Shown here: one piece after another, positions 8,201 through 15,526 of the stretch | How the letters are laid out: each line of letters opens with the position of its first letter | Numbering within the stretch: the stretch's first letter is position 1 | From: a bacterium | GTDB lineage: Bacteria; UBP15; UBA6099; JBFMBQ01 | DNA length: 52,063 nt | Assembly: GCA_040752295.1 (NCBI GenBank) | Contig: JBFMFE010000081.1 | Span: forward strand, 1-52,063 | Direction of reading: 5' to 3' | Position numbers and translations under genes: made by a program | Notes under the pieces: generated by a model | Told to the model about the DNA's origin: nothing | The model's database searches: none | The model's input: the letters and a program-made list of their open reading frames with translations, nothing else

Positions 8201-10518
8201 GTTGTGAACGGATCGTACCCCGGATCGCCCACCGTGGCGTCAAGCCCCATCTCGATCCACATCTCGTCGTCCTGTTGCTCGATGGCGCACGCCGGACACA
8301 TGTACTTGTCGAAATCCTCTCCGGGTTCCTCCGGCGGGCAGCCGTCCGTGGACTCCGCGGGGTCGGCGGCGCTGCACGGACACGCGTCCGTCGCGTTCGT
8401 CCACCCGTCCCCGTCGCAGTCGCCGCCGGGGTCCTCCGCCGCAGGGTCCTCCAGCCCGCACAGCTCCACGCACGGATTTCCCGGCTCCTCCTGCCCCGGC
8501 GGCGTGCACCCCGTCCCGTCGGCGTACCGCTCCTCCTGCGGCGAGCCGTCCGGGTTGGACCCCAGCCCCTCCATCAGCGTCGGAAGGTCTATGAATATCG
8601 TGATCGGTCCGTACAGCCCCTCGATTGACGGGATCACCATCAGGTAGTATGTCCCAACGGTCCGAACGTTCACTATCTGGAACGAGTACGCGTTGAACTT
8701 GCTCGTGGACGAATCCCCGTTGGTGGCGTCGCACGTGATGAACGGTATGCACGGCTCGCACCCCACGATCGGATACCAGCTTCCGTAGCAGCCCCACTGT
8801 ATCGTCCCGGTCGTTTTTATCTTCAGGTAGAGGTTGGAGGCGCTGTGGCTCACCTTGAAGTATTCAAGCTCGAGCATCCCGCTCTCGCCGTCGAACTCCG
8901 GACCGCACCCCGGCGGGTTCGCGGCGTCGCCCACGGGCCAGCAGCCGGTCCCCGGCGCGTTGGGATACGTCCCGCCGTTGTCCACGTGCGGGCAGAACGT
9001 CGGGTCGCACTCGTTGTAGCAGCACTCGCAGTTGGGTCTGTTCTGACACTCCGCGAACGCCGCCGGCGTGATCGTCCACCCCTCAGGCGGACTTTCGGGA
9101 CAGAAATCGTCGGTCGCCCAGCCCCCGCCCCCGCACTCGGTGTTGACGTCGTCCGCCATTATCGCGATGAACGGGTCGGTGTCGTTCGGGACGTTGTCGT
9201 AGTTGTAATCGTCCCCAGCCATCACGTACGTCACGGCTTCGTTGGTCGGCGGGAACGTGGGGAATATCGGCGCCCGCGCCCGACCCCCTGAAGCCACGTT
9301 CCCGCACGTGTCGTACACGCGCGGGTAAAACTCGATCTGCCCCCCCACGAACGACACCGTGCTGAACGGCGCCTTCGTCATGTCCATCCTGCCCGTGAAA
9401 TACCTCGTCTTCTTGTCCGTTGTGTAGAACACCGCGTCCACCACGTCGGACGACTTCAGCGCGGAGGAAAACTTCACCTTCCCCTGCGGCGGGTTCAACT
9501 TGTACGTCTTTATCCCGAACGCCTCGTAGAGCTTCTTCTCGTCAGCCGTCGCGGTTCCCGTGCAGAGCGGATGCTCCGGCGCGGCGGGCCAGTTGGGATT
9601 CGACGCCCCGATCCACACGTCGCACGCGATCGCGGGCACGCCGTTCACCCGCACGAGCGGCTCGCCGGGTATGTTCGGAAAGTCCGTCCCGGGATACGGG
9701 TCAATCGTGGGAAACGAGTCGAGCATGTCCCCGCCGCCCTCGGGAAAGCCCGGCACGTTGCAGTCGCCGTCGGGGTCGGCGCACGACGGCCCCCCCGTCA
9801 GCACGTCCCACGGCGTGTACGTCGGCGACCCGTCGTTGGCGGGCCACGTGTCGTACAGCGGACCGTTCAGCCCCCATGGCCACGGCTCGTCATACCGGCA
9901 CGGAGTGGGCGCGCCGCCCGACGCGCAGAACGTCGGATACGCCACACCGTTGATCAGCCACGTCCCGTCCGCCGTTCCACGCCGGTTCGGCGACGGGTCG
10001 CCGGACACCCACGCGGCGCTCACGTGGCTCACTCCCCACGGCCTCACCGCCGACTTGTACTGCTTGAACATCATGCCGCCCACGGCGTCAACGTCGAGGC
10101 GCTCCTCGGTGAAGTAATCCATCGGAACGCCCCGCCCCACCGTCGCACCGTCCGTGCTGTTCGCGTACCACTGCGTACCGCCGTTTATCGAGTACGCGGC
10201 TTCCGCCCACAACAGCCTGATCGCCTCCGCGTCTATCGTCGTGGGGTCCCCCCTGCTCGCCTTAAACCGCAGCGTCACGTACTCACCCGGAAACGGATAG
10301 TCCCGTATGATGTCCAGTTCTGAAAGAAGCGCGGGCACGCCGCCCCCCATCGGATGGTCACGGCTGTAATTCGGCTGCCCGCCAGCCTGGCAGTCCGGAC
10401 ACTCGGGCGGCTCGGAACGCCAGCTGCACAGCGGTTTCACGCCCTTGTAAAAATCGGCATGTGAAACGTAAGCGGGAATAACAGCGGCAAACAGCAGAAA
10501 CACAATGACCCGTCGCAT
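2278..10518 (-). CDS. Giant (2746 aa) secreted/surface protein with about 10 fibronectin type III-like domains, Cys-rich and DxDxDG Ca-binding-like repeats
   Basis: Signal peptide MRRVIVFLLFAAVIPAYVSHA; recurring 'DxxPPxxP..W..DlaGY.vYR..nG.YyY.V.A.D..GNeS' units; DGxDNDxDG motifs; C-terminal doubled GWNLV..GFWI motif. Confidence 0.85.
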   Translation of the reverse strand: MRRVIVFLLFAAVIPAYVSHADFYKGVKPLCSWRSEPPECPDCQAGGQPNYSRDHPMGGGVPALLSELDIIRDYPFPGEYVTLRFKASRGDPTTIDAEAIRLLWAEAAYSINGGTQWYANSTDGATVGRGVPMDYFTEERLDVDAVGGMMFKQYKSAVRPWGVSHVSAAWVSGDPSPNRRGTADGTWLINGVAYPTFCASGGAPTPCRYDEPWPWGLNGPLYDTWPANDGSPTYTPWDVLTGGPSCADPDGDCNVPGFPEGGGDMLDSFPTIDPYPGTDFPNIPGEPLVRVNGVPAIACDVWIGASNPNWPAAPEHPLCTGTATADEKKLYEAFGIKTYKLNPPQGKVKFSSALKSSDVVDAVFYTTDKKTRYFTGRMDMTKAPFSTVSFVGGQIEFYPRVYDTCGNVASGGRARAPIFPTFPPTNEAVTYVMAGDDYNYDNVPNDTDPFIAIMADDVNTECGGGGWATDDFCPESPPEGWTITPAAFAECQNRPNCECCYNECDPTFCPHVDNGGTYPNAPGTGCWPVGDAANPPGCGPEFDGESGMLELEYFKVSHSASNLYLKIKTTGTIQWGCYGSWYPIVGCEPCIPFITCDATNGDSSTSKFNAYSFQIVNVRTVGTYYLMVIPSIEGLYGPITIFIDLPTLMEGLGSNPDGSPQEERYADGTGCTPPGQEEPGNPCVELCGLEDPAAEDPGGDCDGDGWTNATDACPCSAADPAESTDGCPPEEPGEDFDKYMCPACAIEQQDDEMWIEMGLDATVGDPGYDPFTTFAFTLGIHLNELDFDWIIYKACLVNYSLEALGTDRTPAVNYYLKGPMSQSTVEIRNDTVPPEAPPVLRACLGRCPEAPPEVDPNYALSTDGLDNDGDSLRPLMEPDASYHVDEGYDPTARVIELQWDESLFNVDAINSGLTDLAGYKVYMSRGPRTAFSHYYTMCSPADDPTCSAMTSMTATDAFLAVGVPIASSTNMQRDVPGSDDELIQSDGITRTRFPKPFDPERADDNYRFNYPGETVSCIIDTDCDIVGNNFDDDKDDLVDDGCLAGAPEEDDEPTPNPPRYNCRNDYDSVLMTGPKLAEDGQEYWFRVLAYDTTSLGNHNHSAFSSIATVRILRNTTPPAPPTVQDTVYSMEKGRSIKLVWKLNEEKDMGGYAIYRCPARPADAVRKTEDGTLAAFCADGNNYRRINEDVLPKLTVYYVDEGLGYYESGDEDNDGAPDEEWFDCANVDPANDDLYFCGNMGDGWATGSGVLSLYTATDTTRPVLFYNGLVDGYQYYYRVRAVDSPYRGDGTNDPGTCNQGTNPYTYATKQGCVNPINDHLDPLDPPLLTGRQCADPTVKSDWENGGNCSDYSNTVTGIPSDVRPPPQPTGVKAAINEDGTSVTLTWNAHPTTVQCVDLGTGASVCARGRCLVDPAAEGCTCASNADCTYEATTDYFQVFRATKGDGVFACVRGNCLTTPKRDGCECTADADCATGRECVYPVKICTTPDFTITQKPVSCPADGCMCSSDADCNTGAGRVCDYPFRVCGIDADTDGVNDMAAGDLRDNDGDGAIDEELAGDGIDNDQDGLIDEDTSADIASAGRCPLDDATRTQFIPSFTYTDTELKTDRTYYYKIAGVDNAVFDDPGNANTVPNISQRSETVVATPRDTQAPLEIPTGTCLDGGTPEPCAAVRDDVPPSDYTGNSLTVSWTANTSDEDILGYYVYRAEDPTGAGQPSLSQFSRITDSYVAQPTATGTVYYKDTGVENEKRYYYAVTALDTHYNQTGFSEITGPAIPKDYTPPSAPGWKAAYSDNANCSNPCTPPGCVCDTVVSHTCDDGGAAPYGGGGALKITWAPNEETVCYPKSANEVDIAGYNLYRSDDASCDTTANQNCVPGSDCLIAQGATQTVYIDENVTNGATYYYCVSAVDKYGNESAVSAVRFGTPVDAVAPGVPQGLVATPLAGTKVGLGWEKGSDADLAGYVIYRSTSTTEGSFARIDIDDAAPGRVVVNGIEAIDGTSYTDAAGLITGVTYYYKLTAIDSVGNESRFSDVASVVPRDTDTTAPTSVSKMYGRPGFDAGESPNVVDVDDDGDGFIDDTLVPDKAVEVYWNTIKDPDLDSYNLYRLDPQGISGCTCDTAGDPGGDCDHDGYPNATDSCPCTPHSANTSPFGSYKLIKTLTRTVACPASAHVRPAGTLSENTCYFRDNNDGAGLCNGSLYWYYVTGVDSTGNEGEIDATNALPATPNERTDTTAPDKPAKPLIYATPNGGSLTVKFKENDSSVAKNQDIAGYIVHRDTNLNGDYATQFVIYVQNMNHCDKANEAPCYCDVTDAAYACHLDVSVENGKRYFYKVSAFDDNGNQSGLSDVAVGTPKDEQSPSDAGGLLVQPTTDDANSLVITWSSHSVQQDPTFAGFRLYRASEQDGAFNVIDPDTTTAAVELIRGSSYVDGNLVAGQTYCYKLETVDTEGRASGGVIACGIPGEDITPPQAPSGLVAIPGQNSVSLDWNASSSPDLAGYNVCRALSFDGPFTKVNTSSVVTYPSYTDTGLNNGTIYWYYVTAYDRNYDPAVDAACDEANRDQNDSLPSKKVSVTPGTQSFQRSTQRGWNLVTVPAGAGRTAGRISTAVPSGDARIVYMTTGGYVQAVPGDGTALPAGQGFWIYTSEQDQMGYSGELNQSGDHIVSLVEGWNLVGNPFPVSIEWSDEHAFFSTGGGFAPLSQAVGAAGLVKGAWVYQSDGYAPVNPGDRIPPGTGFWIKVSQAAAMKFVR

Positions 10519-10530
10519 CAGGTCACCATT

Positions 10531-10581
10531 TTATGAATTTTCATAACTACTCTGAACCATTTTAAACTGCGATGGTTCAGA
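10531..10581. promoter_or_regulatory. Two inverted repeats immediately upstream of the giant gene
   Basis: TTATGAA-TT-TTCATAA (10531-10546) and TCTGAACCAT-N11-ATGGTTCAGA (10551-10581). Confidence 0.45.
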
Positions 10582-10752
10582 AGTAAATATATAAGTCAAC
10601 AAAAAACATGCCATCTCCAATCGCTTATTTTCGCGGCTTTTCAGCGGCTTTTCCGCCTCTTTCAACATTAATTTTACCCCATATCGCGGCTTTTCAACCA
10701 CACCCCTGTGGTTTTTTTATCACACCCCGTTCACATAAGTTTTACACGGAAT

Positions 10753-10888
10753 ACCTGACCCGGACAAGCCGGAACCAAAAAGTGTCTTTTCTTCCGGGGT
10801 TCGTAACGTTCCCCTGCCCGTGCCCCTGCCCGTGCCCGTGCCTTCCGGACACACCTGCCCGACCGGCCTGCCTGGCGGCAGACAGGCA
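10753..10888. repeat. Cluster of short intergenic repeat-like elements (REP-like unit, CCC[C/G]TG hexamer run, CCTGCC..GGCAG hairpin)
   Basis: TACCTGACCCGGACAAGCCGGAACCAAAAAG; about 5 CCC(C/G)TG units at 10811-10842; CCTGCCTGGCGGCAGACAGG. Confidence 0.45.
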
Positions 10889-11092
10889 TACAGACGCGCG
10901 GGCACACAAACAGTTCACCGAGATTACCGATTACCAATCATCCTTTCCAGACGCGCGCCCGCAGCTCTCGTTGGAATTTCCGCCGCGAAAACTTTATAAT
11001 CCCGTACGGAGCAGAACCGGTTCCCGCCCTCGCGTGGTTCGTCGCCGCTCACCCCGGAAGACCAGCGGAGCTGAATGCCCTCGAACAAAGAC

Positions 11093-12019
11093 ATGAAACG
11101 AAAACTCGAAAAACTGAAGCGGATTCTGAAGGAGATGGACACCGTCGTCATCGCCTTCTCAGGCGGCGTTGACAGCTCCTTTCTCGCACGCGTCGCCGCC
11201 GACGTCCTCGGCGCCGGCAACGTCGTCCTCTGCACCGCCCTGTCCGAAACCTACCCCGCGGACGAAGCCGCCCGCGCCGCGCAGCTCGCCCGTACCCTCG
11301 GCGCCCGCCACGTCACGCTCCACACCCGCGAAATGGACAACCCGCTCTTCGCCTCCAATCCCCCCGACAGGTGCTACCACTGCAAATCCGAGCTTTTCTC
11401 CAGGCTCGAGAACCTCCGCAAACGCCTCGGCTTCAAATTCGTCGCCGACGGCGCCAACGCCGACGACGACAACGACTTCCGTCCGGGACGCGCCGCAGCC
11501 GCAATGCTCAACGTGAGAAGCCCCCTCGCCGAAGCCCGCCTCACCAAAGCAGAAATCCGCGCCGCCTCACGCTCACTACGCCTCCCCACATGGAACCTGC
11601 CCGCCGCGCCATGCCTCTCCTCCCGCTTCCCATACCGCACTCCCATCACAACCGACGCGCTCCGGAAAGTCGAAAACGCCGAAAAATTCCTCATAAACGA
11701 AGGCTTCAAGACCGTCCGCGTCCGACACCACGGCGACGTCGCGCGCGTGGAGGTGCACCCCAGCGAAATGAAAAAATTCTTCTCCGACGGCCTCCGCGAA
11801 AAGGTCGCCGCAGCCTTCAAGTCAATCGGCTACCACTACGCCGCGCTCGATCTCCTCGGCTACCGCCACGGGAGCATGAACGAAGTCCTCTCCCCAGGAG
11901 AGATGGAAATCTCCAAAAACCCGGCGGGCATCTCCCCGCGCAGCGCCACCCCCGGTGCACCAGCGCCGCGGCGGTCCGGCGGTAAAACCTCCAAGAAAAA
12001 ATGTACGACCAAAAATTAA
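11093..12019 (+). CDS. larE: ATP-dependent sulfur transferase LarE (PP-loop)
   Basis: AFSGGVDSS PP-loop, RCYHCK, DGANADD..RPG, PCLSSRFPY, RVRHHG; start placed at MKRK (ORF track begins at 11075). Confidence 0.92.
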   Translation: MKRKLEKLKRILKEMDTVVIAFSGGVDSSFLARVAADVLGAGNVVLCTALSETYPADEAARAAQLARTLGARHVTLHTREMDNPLFASNPPDRCYHCKSELFSRLENLRKRLGFKFVADGANADDDNDFRPGRAAAAMLNVRSPLAEARLTKAEIRAASRSLRLPTWNLPAAPCLSSRFPYRTPITTDALRKVENAEKFLINEGFKTVRVRHHGDVARVEVHPSEMKKFFSDGLREKVAAAFKSIGYHYAALDLLGYRHGSMNEVLSPGEMEISKNPAGISPRSATPGAPAPRRSGGKTSKKKCTTKN

Positions 12020-12780
12020 AAAAACTCCTCCGCGACGTCAAAAACGGGAAAACCACCCCCGCACAGGCATACGAGGCGCTCAAAGACCTCCCCTTCGAAG
12101 ACCTCGTCCACTCAAAGCTCGACCACCACCGCGCTATCAGAAAAGGCTTCCCGGAGGTCGTTTACTGCGAAGACAAATCGGTCAAACAGGTCGCCGACAT
12201 CGCGCGCGCACTCAAAAGAAAAAAGCAGAACTTCCTCTTCACACGCGCATCCGGGGAAATCTTCGCCGCCGTCGCCGCCGTCGAATCCTCGGCGCGCTAC
12301 AACCCCGACGGACGGGTCATCTCCGCCATCTACAAACGCATCCCTCCCCCCCCGCGCCCCGTCGCCGTCGTCACCGCCGGCACATCCGACATACCCGTCG
12401 CCGAGGAAGCCGCCGAGACCGCCGCCGCCATGGGTAGCGCCGTCGTGAAAATCTACGACGTCGGCGTCGCCGGCGTCCACCGCCTCGTCTCACACGCCGG
12501 GACACTCCGCCGAGCGGGCGTCGTCGTAGTAGTCGCGGGCATGGAGGGCGCGCTCGCCAGCGTCGTCGGCGGTCTCATTGACCGCCCGGTCGTCGCCGTC
12601 CCCACAAGCGTCGGCTACGGCGCTTCATTCGCGGGCATCTCCGCGCTTCTGGGCATGCTCAACACCTGCGCCCCGGGCGTCGCCGTCGTCAACATTGACA
12701 ACGGCTTCGGCGCGGGCTACTTCGCCGCCGTCCTCAACCGGGAATTCGGGGCAAACAGCGCCTCCTGGGACCCCAAGTAA
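12001..12780 (+). CDS. larB: Nickel-pincer cofactor biosynthesis carboxylase/hydrolase LarB
   Basis: LDHHR..GFPEV, AGTSDIPVAEEA, DVGVAG.HRL, AGMEGAL, PTSVGYG, VVNIDNGFGAG. Confidence 0.95.
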   Translation: MYDQKLKKLLRDVKNGKTTPAQAYEALKDLPFEDLVHSKLDHHRAIRKGFPEVVYCEDKSVKQVADIARALKRKKQNFLFTRASGEIFAAVAAVESSARYNPDGRVISAIYKRIPPPPRPVAVVTAGTSDIPVAEEAAETAAAMGSAVVKIYDVGVAGVHRLVSHAGTLRRAGVVVVVAGMEGALASVVGGLIDRPVVAVPTSVGYGASFAGISALLGMLNTCAPGVAVVNIDNGFGAGYFAAVLNREFGANSASWDPK

Positions 12781-12822
12781 AAAAAACGTAATTGTTTACC
12801 GAAAAGTGAAGTTTTTAAAAAC

Positions 12823-12917
12823 GAATATCGAATGTAGAATGATGAATATCCAATGTAGAAGTGAAAAGAATTTTGTTCGAAATTCTACATTGGAAATTCT
12901 ACATTCATCATTCATCT
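12823..12917. repeat. Inverted array of degenerate 7-mers
   Basis: GAATATC GAATGTA GAATGAT GAATATC CAATGTA GAAGTGA, then TTCGAAA TTCTACA TTGGAAA TTCTACA TTCATCA TTCATCT. Confidence 0.7.
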
Positions 12918-13022
12918 TCTTCGATAGTTTCATTCCTGCCGCTTCGGATCGGTAAAGTGTTGCCTGCATTCATCATCCTCTTCTTCTTTCATAAACGTTA
13001 CTACCCAACGCTAAAATGTTAT

Positions 13023-13054
13023 AAAAAAAACACCCCCGCGTATGAGCGGGGGCG
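13023..13054 (-). terminator. Intrinsic terminator downstream of the flagellin gene
   Basis: Minus strand GCCCCCGC-loop-GCGGGGGTG followed by a T8 run, about 30 nt after the flagellin stop. Confidence 0.8.
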
Positions 13055-13083
13055 CCTTTATAAAACAGAACACCATAGGCTTG

Positions 13084-13944
13084 TCAAGCAGCAGTACCAA
13101 GCAGAGTCAGTATCGCCGAGGGCTGCATGTTCGCCTGGGCAACCGCCGCGACACCCGCCTGCATGATCACCTGCTGTCGCGCGAGGTTCGAGATCTCCTT
13201 CGCCATGTCCGCGTCCCTGATCCTCGACACCGCGGACGCCATGTTCACCTCCGCGGACGACAGCGAGTTGATGATCTTCTCGAGCCGCGAACTCTGTACC
13301 CCGACGGCAGCCTGGACGTTCGAAAGCCCGTTGATGGCGCTCTGTATGAGGTTGATCGCGCTGCGCACCGTCGCAAGCGATGTGCTGCCCGTGCTGACTT
13401 TCGCGCCGGTGATGCTTCTTCCGCCGATGTTCCCGGCCGAAATCGCGTTGATGACAATCGTCACCCGCATGTTGGCGTTGTTGTCGGGACCCGCCTGCAC
13501 CACCGCCGCCGCCATGTCGCCGTCCAGAACGCCCTTCGTGTTGAACGTCACGCCCAGCGCGAGCTGGTCAATGGCGTCGCGTATGTCGTCCAGCTCGTTC
13601 TCGAGCGGGATCCGGGACGAGGTGGTCATGGTCGCGTCGTTCGCGGAGCGGACCGCGAGGTCGCGCGCGCGTAGCAGCAGTTCCATGATGTTGTTGATCG
13701 TCTCGTCCGCCAGCGCGATTATCGCCTGCGCGTCCTGCACGTTCTGTATCGCCGTGCTTGTGCCGCGCATCTGGGCTTCGAAACGCGCGGCGAGTCCAAT
13801 GCCCGACGGGTCGTCCGCGCCTTTCGTGATCCTCAGCCCTGACGACAGATGGTTCAGTGTTTTCGAGAGGTCGTCCTGCACTTTATTGACGTACCTCAAC
13901 GCCGAGAGCGCCTCTGGATTGGTAGCTACTCTTGTGACTGACAT
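13084..13944 (-). CDS. fliC: Flagellin (short, D0/D1 only)
   Basis: LSSGLRI..ADDPSG N-terminal domain; SRIRDADMAKE..QQV..QAG..AQAN C-terminal domain; AGGAGG RBS. Confidence 0.93.
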   Translation of the reverse strand: MSVTRVATNPEALSALRYVNKVQDDLSKTLNHLSSGLRITKGADDPSGIGLAARFEAQMRGTSTAIQNVQDAQAIIALADETINNIMELLLRARDLAVRSANDATMTTSSRIPLENELDDIRDAIDQLALGVTFNTKGVLDGDMAAAVVQAGPDNNANMRVTIVINAISAGNIGGRSITGAKVSTGSTSLATVRSAINLIQSAINGLSNVQAAVGVQSSRLEKIINSLSSAEVNMASAVSRIRDADMAKEISNLARQQVIMQAGVAAVAQANMQPSAILTLLGTAA

Positions 13945-14271
13945 GATTTACCTCCTCCTTGTGTGTTATTGCTGTTTCTGGAGCCACCAGAAACCCCCGG
14001 CGACTTTCCATGTCGCCGGTTCCGTTCGCCGTCCGCCCCCTCGCCTGCGGGTAGCCGTTCTCACCTCCTCCCCCCGCGCATAATGCGCAGGGACGGACTC
14101 CTGCCTACAAGAGCCACCCATTATCGGCCCCGGATTATTCATCCGGGGAAATCGCAATAACGCCGAATCTTCTTCGTTATCGGGCTTCCACCGTCGGTCA
14201 CGTACCTGTTAAGTACGCTCCCGTCCGTTGTCAGCCCTCTGCCTCGAATCTTCAGCATTCTTGCGATTTCT

Positions 14272-14306
14272 TCCCGAATTATTCAAAAAGTGTGAATAAT
14301 TCGGGA
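14272..14306. repeat. Perfect 14-bp inverted repeat
   Basis: TCCCGAATTATTCA-AAAAGTG-TGAATAATTCGGGA. Confidence 0.75.
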
Positions 14307-14471
14307 TCGGGTGTATGTGAACCCGCCGCTGCGCCCTCGTCCGGACGACCGCCCGTGATGCGCGGCTCATCCGGCATCAAACGCCGCGCGGGAAGCACGC
14401 TTTCGCTCCTGTCCCCGTGCCTTATTCGGTTTTCAAGTTCCGCGGCGCCCACCGCTCCACGGGCGCCTCCC

Positions 14472-14756
14472 TCACTCTTTCCCTTCGTCCTTCGCTTTCC
14501 TTTTAGCTTCCTCCGCCCTCTCGCCGTCCCTGAATATGTGCTCGAGTATGTCCACCTTTTCGATCCTCACGCCCATCTTCGAGGCGAGTATGTTTTCCTT
14601 CTCGATCTCCTCGTACACCTCCTTGCGGTGCACGGGTATCGTCCGCGGCGCCGTGATCCCGAGCTTCACCGTGTCCCCGTGAACCCCGACGACCTTGATC
14701 TCGACGTTGTCGCCGATCATCACGCTCTCTTCGAGCTTCCTGGACAGAACGAGCAT
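14472..14756 (-). CDS. csrA: Carbon storage regulator CsrA
   Basis: [37 protein letters not shown]; true start at 14756 inside the longer track ORF. Confidence 0.95.
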   Translation of the reverse strand: MLVLSRKLEESVMIGDNVEIKVVGVHGDTVKLGITAPRTIPVHRKEVYEEIEKENILASKMGVRIEKVDILEHIFRDGERAEEAKRKAKDEGKE

Positions 14757-14788
14757 TCCGCGCCACGCTCCGCGCGCGTACCCTCCCT

Positions 14789-15283
14789 TCAGCCCGATTT
14801 CGTGCTCTTCGCCCCCGTCCCTTCCTCCCCCTCGAGCCTCGCCTTCTCCTTCCGCCTGATCCCCTCGATGATGGACTCGCGCACCGTGTATTTCTCGGTC
14901 TCGATGAACGCCTGCTTGAACTTCCGCTCCTTCAGGTTGAACATCAGCGGACCCTTCAGGTTCGCCGTCATCTTCGTGAGGTCCTCGGGCAGCACAACGA
15001 TGACGAGCACGAACGGCTGCTCCCCGCGCCCAAGCCCGATCTCCTCGAGGTCGAACGCGCCCACCCTCGGCTCGTAGTCGTGGAAAAATTTGTCCGGCTC
15101 CACCACGACGAACGTCAGGTCCGGCTCGTCGGCGGACTGCATCCACCTGAACGGCGCGATGTTCCGCCGCTCGATGAAAAAATAACGGCTCGAATTGGGA
15201 AAACCGGGAAGCGTGCGGACGGCGGTGAAGATTTCCTCTTCACGCACCTCCAGCTCACCGAAGCGAGAGGCGACGACCTTCAC
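14789..15283 (-). CDS. fliW: Flagellar assembly factor / CsrA antagonist FliW
   Basis: [35 protein letters not shown]; adjacent to csrA. Confidence 0.92.
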   Translation of the reverse strand: MKVVASRFGELEVREEEIFTAVRTLPGFPNSSRYFFIERRNIAPFRWMQSADEPDLTFVVVEPDKFFHDYEPRVGAFDLEEIGLGRGEQPFVLVIVVLPEDLTKMTANLKGPLMFNLKERKFKQAFIETEKYTVRESIIEGIRRKEKARLEGEEGTGAKSTKSG

Positions 15284-15427
15284 GGCGAACCTCCGTGTCC
15301 GCGGCGCAGTTCACACGCATCCATGAACGGCTATGCAACTGCACCGCTTGTTCTGCGCGGCCGATTGCACTATGCCCTGGAGGTTCGTTGCGTGAGTTGA
15401 AGAAGCGTACCGATTATTCCAATTTAA

Positions 15428-15455
15428 AATTTACCACGCCCCTGTTCCATGTCAA
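15428..15455 (-). promoter_or_regulatory. Sigma70/SigA-like promoter for fliW-csrA
   Basis: TTGACA-N16-TAAATT with TG extension on the minus strand. Confidence 0.5.
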
Positions 15456-15526
15456 GGGGGTCGTAAAAAAAATTTTTCCGCCGCCCCGCGCACCCGAAAA
15501 ACCGGCGCGCCGCGGAAGCCGCGGTA

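Noticed and set aside
12823-12917. Possible CRISPR array
   Set aside because: 7-nt periodic units with no unique spacers and no cas genes.
14757-15146. N-terminal extension of the 224-aa csrA ORF
   Set aside because: It overlaps fliW in another frame; the canonical CsrA start MLVLSRK is at 14756.
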